Assembly (NCBI GenBank): GCA_951406725.2
Contig: OX597816.1
Location: forward strand, 38,316,001 to 38,380,000
Direction: 5' to 3'
From: Octopus vulgaris
Taxonomy: Eukaryota
DNA length: 64,000 nt
Shown piece after piece: positions 57,064 to 64,000 of this stretch. Every line of letters starts with the position of its first letter. Positions within the stretch are counted from its first letter, which is position 1. The notes beneath the pieces were generated by a model. That model did no database searches. It saw only the letters and a list, made by a program, of their open reading frames with translations, and was not told the DNA's origin. The translations under genes and the position numbers were made by a program.

Positions 57064-57146
57064 CTTTCCTGATGAGAAGATTGCATTTTACACCGTTTAT
57101 TCTTTTGGAATAAAACCAGTGTTGTCTTCGAAACATATGTCGAAAG
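57064..57146 (+). ncRNA. Canonical type-I hammerhead ribozyme in the Penelope 3' repeat
   Basis: CTTTC-CTGATGA-GAAGA..TCTTC-GAAA-CATATG-TC-GAAAG. Predicted cleavage after GUC at 57141. Palindromic stem III. Confidence 0.9.
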
Positions 57147-57340
57147 TAAAAGAATTTTAATAACATCTTCGTTCAACTCCATTTATTTACTTATACCACA
57201 CAAATTACTGCGCATTAACCCGGAGTTTCTACCTTTGAATAGGTCGCTTCATCCGAGTTACATGCGTGAATTTTGCTACCCTGGTAACTGTTTATTGAAT
57301 TTTCCAAGTTAACGGTAAACAAAGGATAATTCATTCATCC

Positions 57341-57442
<102 letters not shown>

Positions 57443-57547
57443 TTCAAATGAATATGGTACTTAATTTAGATGCACCAGAATCTTGTATGGTGTTATACAT
57501 AAAAATCCGTATTAATAAAAATTTGTATTAATGGAAAACCTCTATAA

Positions 57548-57633
57548 TTGGCTAATGAGTACTCAGCATCTTAAATCTGTTGTAATACTTACAACATTTA
57601 ATAAAATGATGTAGTACGAAACGATCGTACCAA
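57548..57633 (+). ncRNA. Hammerhead motif, family Z copy 2 (core G5->A), element about 57441-57668 between (TA)n tracts
   Basis: TTGG-CTAATGA-GTACT..AGTAC-GAAA-CGATCG-TA-CCAA. Homologous to 17575-17718. Confidence 0.75.
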
Positions 57634-57666
57634 ATTACCAGAGTCATTCTTGTTGCTTATTCTGAT

Positions 57667-57699
<33 letters not shown>

Positions 57700-58374
57700 T
57701 TATTTATTTATTTATATATATATATAGGTATGTATGTATGTATGTATGTATGTATGTATGTATGTATGTATGTATGTATGTATGTATGTATGCATGTATG
57801 TATGCACACACGTACATATATGTACATATATGCATTAGCAGGTCGAAACATCGAAGTCACTGTCAACAACATTCTTGTTTAAGAACAATAAATTTGCCCT
57901 CTACAAAACTGATTAAGAGTTTTTATTATAACTGAATATAAAAACAAACGTTAATAAAAGCAGCTCTGTTCCGAAATGAGTGTTTTCGTAACAATAACTG
58001 AAAACAGGAAAAATTCAGCTACATTCACTACACTTCTCAATGAAAAGCATACCGCTACCTACCAAAATACGTTACCTTAACCAATTAAAATTGCTTTCAA
58101 AACACCTTTCCAAAACAATCTACCGCAAAAACCTAATTACCAGCCCACTCAAATCAACACACTCTAAAATGATTCTGAGACTATATGTGTATGTATGTAT
58201 GTATGTATGTATGTATGTATGTATGTATGTATGTATGTATGTATGTATGTATGTATGTATATATGTATGTATGTATGTATGTAGGTATGTATGTATGTAT
58301 GTATGTATGTATGTATGTATGTATGTATGTATGTGTGTGTATGTATACATACATACATAGTGCATATATATGCA

Positions 58375-58410
<36 letters not shown>

Positions 58411-58443
58411 TGCATATATATGCATTATGTATGTATATATACA

Positions 58444-58506
<63 letters not shown>

Positions 58507-58510
<4 letters not shown>

Positions 58511-59076
58511 GATGCGGTAAATAAACTGTCGTCTAAATTACGCAAAAATGAAAATAACACTGATATCTTATTTTAAGAGATAGATTTACCAAAATTACAT
58601 AAAAATATCTTGAAATACTAAAGAGTAAATTTATTCAATAAAATCGCCATTGGCTTTAACCACGACCTTCACACGACATCGGAATCTTCTGCAACTCTTC
58701 TGAAGGTATGCCTCTGTGTGGAGTGTGAAGCCATGTGGGAAGATGAATGGAGGCATAACGTCGCCATCACTAGTGATCACTCTAAACACCATGATGTTGA
58801 CTGGATGTTTGATTTTTATCACTCGGATTTCACATGTCCTCAGATTGACTCCCAAACGCTCTGAAATGTTCGTATTGGAGATTCCGGTGCGAATGCCAAG
58901 CAGTACAGCATGTTGTTTCCAAATTTCTGGCTGAGTGAATAGCGTCATGGTGCTGTTTTTCTCACAGACGATGCCCAACTGACCCTACTGTACTGTGTAG
59001 TTGACAAAATCCAAAACAAACAATGTACATGCGCGAAAATAGAATTTAAAATTGCGACAATTTACCCATTGCACCT

Positions 59077-59078
<2 letters not shown>
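58507..59078 (-). mobile_element. Internally deleted Tc1/mariner-superfamily (maT/DD37D-like) element in (TA)n
   Basis: KHPVNIMVF.VITSDGDVMPPFIF..G and CRRFR.RV..VVKANGDFIE. Imperfect TIRs at both ends. Confidence 0.8.
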
Positions 59079-59148
<70 letters not shown>

Positions 59149-59242
59149 GAGATATATACATACGTTTATAGATTTGTGTGTGTGTATATGTGTAGAATGC
59201 TGGAAAGTGACACACCAGTTGGTATGTATAAGTAACAAAGAC

Positions 59243-59481
59243 AAGGTGGAAAGTGCTAAAAGAATTTTGTCATGAAATATATTTTGTAACGGTTAGTACC
59301 GGTTTCTGCCGTCTCGACTTTTTCAACTGAGTAAAACAAAAGCGTATACTAATTGTTTCTTTTTTTTAATTAATAACTACCTTTGTTTTACTCTTAGTTG
59401 AAAAAGTTTAAAAGCCAGAAACCGGTACTAACAGCTACAAAATGTATTTCATGATAAAATTACTTTACCATTTTCTACCTT
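59243..59481. repeat. About 240-bp imperfect palindrome, each arm carrying a degenerate hammerhead-like motif
   Basis: Arms CATGAAATA..TTTTGTA..GTTAGTACCGGTTTCTG..TTTTTCAACT..GAGTAAAACAAA are inverted. Motif AG-TTGAAAA..GAAA-CCGG-TA-CTAA. Confidence 0.8.
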
Positions 59482-59492
59482 TTCATATTTTC

Positions 59493-59586
<94 letters not shown>

Positions 59587-60235
59587 GTGTATATATATAT
59601 ATACATATATATATACATACATACATACATACATACATACGTGCATATATACATACATATCTGTACATATATATATCTTTATATATTAATATATGTATAT
59701 GTCGTATGTATATTTGATGAGTATGTGAGTGTATATATACATCCATATATTTATGCATATACATATCTATGTGTATATATACATATAGATAGATAGATAG
59801 ATAGAAAGATAGATAGATATAAATGTATTTATATATAATATGTATATATGCATACGCATATATACATATATACGTTTATATATATATAGGTATGTAAATA
59901 TGTGTTTAAGTATCTATGATTGTATGCACGTAAGCATGTGTCTGACTGTGTATATCTGCATGTGTATGTATGTACGTACGTATGTATGTATGTATGTATG
60001 TATGTATGTATGTATGTATGTATGTATGTATGTATGTATGTATGTATGTGGCATGTGTGTGTATGATTCCGCTTGTAAATCAAACCCGAAACAACATTTC
60101 ATGTTTTGTGTTTTTACTAAATTTGTTTTATAGAATTTCCTGCACTCCTGTAATTAAAGAGCATTTGTATTCAATTAACTCTAATTACATATTTCATACC
60201 ATGTCTGTCGGTCAATGAAACACTGAATGAATGAA

Positions 60236-60266
<31 letters not shown>

Positions 60267-60461
60267 ACAAACAAATAAATAAATAATCATATTTTTCATC
60301 TCTACGAAACGTTACGAAGGTAAACACGTGAGTAGAAACAAGAAAAAGGACTTCTATACGATTTCGAAATATAAGACTTAACCACGAATTGTAGAAATAT
60401 CAATTCGTCCGTCGGAGCGACGATGATCATTAGCCATCTTTAAGGTTGACAGTTGACTCAC

Positions 60462-60735
60462 AAGTTGGCTTTGTTTAAAGTGAAGAACAGTTGTGTACTG
60501 TCAACATTACTCTCTTGTCCGGGATCATCTTCAATCCAGTCACAAGACCAGGCCAAGATGACTGGGGATAGAGACGGATGCAGTAGATGTGGATGACCAA
60601 GATATCTCTCTTGTCTCGTTTTCCTCTCTGCATTCCACATTGCGTTGCTGCAGCCACCTTCCCATTCGTTGAACCATGAAAGTTTCTTGCGCAGAGTCCG
60701 CCGAATCCAGTTTTCACATGCATAGGCAGGGAAGC
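60462..60735 (-). other. Candidate 274-nt coding exon of an unidentified gene
   Basis: Stop-free FPAYACENWIRRTLRKKLSWFNEWEGGCSNAMW...FFTLNKAN between a weak aag| acceptor and a |gtgagt donor. GC content is above background and the sequence is non-repetitive. Confidence 0.35.
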
Positions 60736-61077
60736 CTTAATATGTTATTAACATATATCTGGGACCCTGACATGTACTAATACTCCGAATCAGAGTAGAT
60801 CTAAGGACAATAGGGGCTAAGAAGTGATTCCACACTCTCGTCAAAACGCTGTAACTACTGAACCACTACTGGATGCAATTTGAAGTCAAGTAAGTACAAA
60901 TATAGCAGTGCAATAGTTAACCGTCATCTGACGATGGGTAACTTCGGAAGTATACTTTTGCCACGCTGGGTAATATCGCAAAACATCATCTATACAATAA
61001 TCAAAATTTAACTTTTATCAAATTTCTTGGTGCTTATATTTATAGAATGATGAAATGAATACTAATTTTCAATTAGG

Positions 61078-61438
61078 TGTTAGCTTGCTTCCTAACTACA
61101 TGGTTCCCGGTTCAGTCCCACTGCGTGGCAATTTAAGCAAATGTCTTCTACTGTAGCCTGGAGTTGACCAAAGTCTTATTAGTGGATTTGGTAGACGGAA
61201 ACTGAAAGCCATTTGACTGCGGCCATGCTGGAGCACCGCCTTTAGTCGAGCAAATCGATACCAGGACTTACTCTTTGTAAGCTTAGTACTTATTCTATCA
61301 GTCTCTTTTGCCGAACCGCTAAATTACGGGGACGTAAACACACCAGCATCGGTTGTCAAGCGATGTTGGGAAACAAACACACAAACACACACACACACAC
61401 ACACACGCACACACACACACATACATACATACATACAT

Positions 61439-61492
<54 letters not shown>

Positions 61493-61655
61493 TTATATAT
61501 ATATACATACATATATATATACGACGGACTTCTTTCAGTTTCAGTCGGCTCGAGGCTATAGTAGAAGACACTTGCCTAAGGTGCCACACTGTGAGACTGA
61601 ACCCAGATCCATGTGGTTGGTAAACAAGCTACTTACGACGCAGCCGCTCCTGCGA
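61078..61655. mobile_element. SINE B 5' half (+) fused to an inverted SINE B (-)
   Basis: Head on + at 61078-61208 joins directly to a minus-strand copy at 61209-61655. Confidence 0.85.
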
Positions 61656-62928
61656 CTAAAACAAATTCATCATTTGTATATTTGCAATAGATATATATTC
61701 TTTCATCTTTTACTTGTTTCATTCATTAGACTGCGGCCATGCTGGTGCACCGCTTTGAAGAATATTTTAGTCGATCGAATCACCCCAGCACTTTTTCTTG
61801 TTTAAGCCTGGTACTTATTCTATCATCGTGCTAACGATTCATCCCGCGCGCTGCTTATAACATGGTAAAATATTATATAACAGCTCCATTGCTCTTTTTT
61901 ATATATTTTTTTCTGACGAAAAGATTTGCTTGAAACGTTAGTATTTAAGTAGCCTCTCCACTGCAAAACGAATCCATTGCAAATCTGCGAATTATAATTT
62001 TACATAACATCGTATTTGTTAGAGAACACGTTTGCCACCACAGACACCCAATCCTACCCATTACCTAACTCAATAAAGTAAACAGCACAAAGGAAGTTTA
62101 GATAATTACGAACTTCTGTTTTTTTATTATTGTTGTTATTTTAAATTTCGCTCGTCAGCAACCTCGAGTTAACTCCCCGCAAAGGTTAGAAATAATTAAA
62201 CGATAAGAAATGTTTATTTTGCGTTTATAAAACCACACTTCTATTCGTCGTAGTATTATTATAGGAGTATTTTTATGTCAGATTTTTCTAATCATTTTTT
62301 CTTTTATTTCTGAATACCGTCGTTGGTCTGTCTGTTTATCTAACCGAATGTCTGCGTATTTGTCTGTCTGCTGGTACCTGTATTTTACTTTAAAACAATC
62401 AACTGCTTACAAGAGGAAACAAGCTGTGAAAAGCAAGCAACGGCTACAAGAATGACAAAACAGAGAAGATTTACACTAAAGGGAGATAAGCAAATGAACG
62501 GAAATTAACGATGTGCTAATTCGGATGCAGTTGTTAACAGTAAAATAAATCAATCTGCCAACAAATAAATTGGTGAGAAAAATAATAATAAAATTCCAGA
62601 GAGAGAGAGAGAGAAAGAAAGAGAGAGTGAGAAAGAGAGAGAGCATTAACAAAAATATGTAAATAAATAAATAAATATTGTATTAGATGAAGAAGATAGA
62701 AAAAGGAAGAGAAGAAAGTTATAAGAAGAGTGAAGAGAAATAGACGCGAAATAAAGTTTAAACAGAATGATTAACTGAGAAAGTGAAAGACCCACCGTCA
62801 TTGTAGCATCTTCGCATTTGTCACCCTTGTGGCAAATAAAAAAATTCATCATGATCATCATCATCATCGTCGTCGTCGTCATCGTCGTCGTCGCCGTCGC
62901 CGCCGCCATCATCATCATCATCATCATT

Positions 62929-62964
<36 letters not shown>

Positions 62965-63254
62965 TTCATCATTGCATCGCCGTCACTGTCGTCATTGCCT
63001 TCGTCGTCGTTCGTTGTTGATGCTGTTGTTATTGTTGCTGTTGTTGTTGCAGCTGCTGTTGTTGTTGTTGTTGTTGCTGTTGTTAAGTAGCGAGCTGGCA
63101 GAATCGTTAACACACCGAAGAAAATGCTTGGCGACATTTCTTCCGGTTTAACGTTCTGAGTTCAAATGCCACCGAAGTTGACCTTGCCTTCCTGTCCTTT
63201 AAGGGTCGATGGAATAAGTACCAGTCAAGTACTGGAGTTGTTATAATCGTGTTG

Positions 63255-63325
<71 letters not shown>

Positions 63326-63739
63326 GTTGTTGTTGTTGTTGTTGTTATTATACTCATTTTTTACTTCCATTCATATAATAGTATTGTAAGAAGGATGGTG
63401 GCTGTTCGGGATACAGGGAAGAAATCAATAATAAAAACAACAGCAACAATAACAACAACAACAACAACAACAACAAAAATTGTTTGCATCGTATTGCTAT
63501 TGACTGTCGTTAGATTTGATCCTACCCGTATCCTAAAATTTCCCACCGAATACAAACTATAGGGGATGTAAGACGTGCGGAACGAAGCGATCAGCAGATT
63601 TCGTACATTAATTGGATTTTCAAAGTGAAATCAATACTATGGTGATAGAGGTGAGTGGGAGACTGGTCGGGTGTTAGTAACATCGCTAGTGACATAACAC
63701 ACCCGTGAGGCGAATGTTCTCCGTGATGGGCACACTAAA

Positions 63740-63895
63740 ATCGAACTGACTTAGTCAAGACTCGCGGAAATGTAAATTTCCCCCTCGTCCATATCGGAAA
63801 TGTATGAATTTGTTGCTGGTAATCCGAAAGAACGAGAGGAAGTATTTTCAAGGTAAAACCGGAAGTGTGATTTGATTAGCGGCCATTTTAATTAA
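63740..63895. promoter_or_regulatory. Promoter-like CpG-richer segment with ETS (GGAA) and YY1 motifs
   Basis: CGGAAATGT twice, GAGGAAGT, ACCGGAAGTG (63858-63867) and GCGGCCATTTT (63879-63889). Confidence 0.5.
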
Positions 63896-64000
63896 GTTTG
63901 TACTGGTCAGCAGTGGCTGAGAGTCATACAGCTATCGTTAGTGACGCAGATATCATCTAATGGTAAAGATATAGTGCTTTGTGGTGTGTTTGCATGTGTG

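Larger units (their letters stand above)
54932..57195 (+). mobile_element. 5'-truncated Penelope-like retroelement with inverted terminal (pLTR) repeats
   Basis: 54932-55060 is the reverse complement of 57070-57195. It encloses an RT + GIY-YIG ORF and a 3' hammerhead. Confidence 0.95.

Overview
AT-rich, microsatellite-saturated eukaryotic DNA with almost no host coding sequence. The SINE families and repeat landscape strongly resemble an Octopus or other coleoid cephalopod intron or intergenic region (my inference). Nearly all ORFs in the supplied track are microsatellite or SINE artefacts. Supported content: (1) a 5'-truncated Penelope-like retroelement (RT + GIY-YIG, one in-frame stop) with inverted terminal repeats and a canonical type-I hammerhead ribozyme; (2) about ten further short, non-coding hammerhead-bearing elements from several families, mostly abutting (TA)n, some with non-canonical cores (CCGACGA, CTGTAGA), which is the most interesting signal; (3) at least five tRNA-derived SINE families, many with clear TSDs, nesting, tandem dimers and inverted pairs; (4) remnants of mariner/Tc1, Tigger/pogo, hAT, piggyBac, Helitron, RTE and L1-Tx1 elements and a possible solo LTR; (5) two near-perfect pre-miRNA-sized hairpins, a few unidentified candidate exons, and a promoter-like ETS/YY1 cluster at the right edge.
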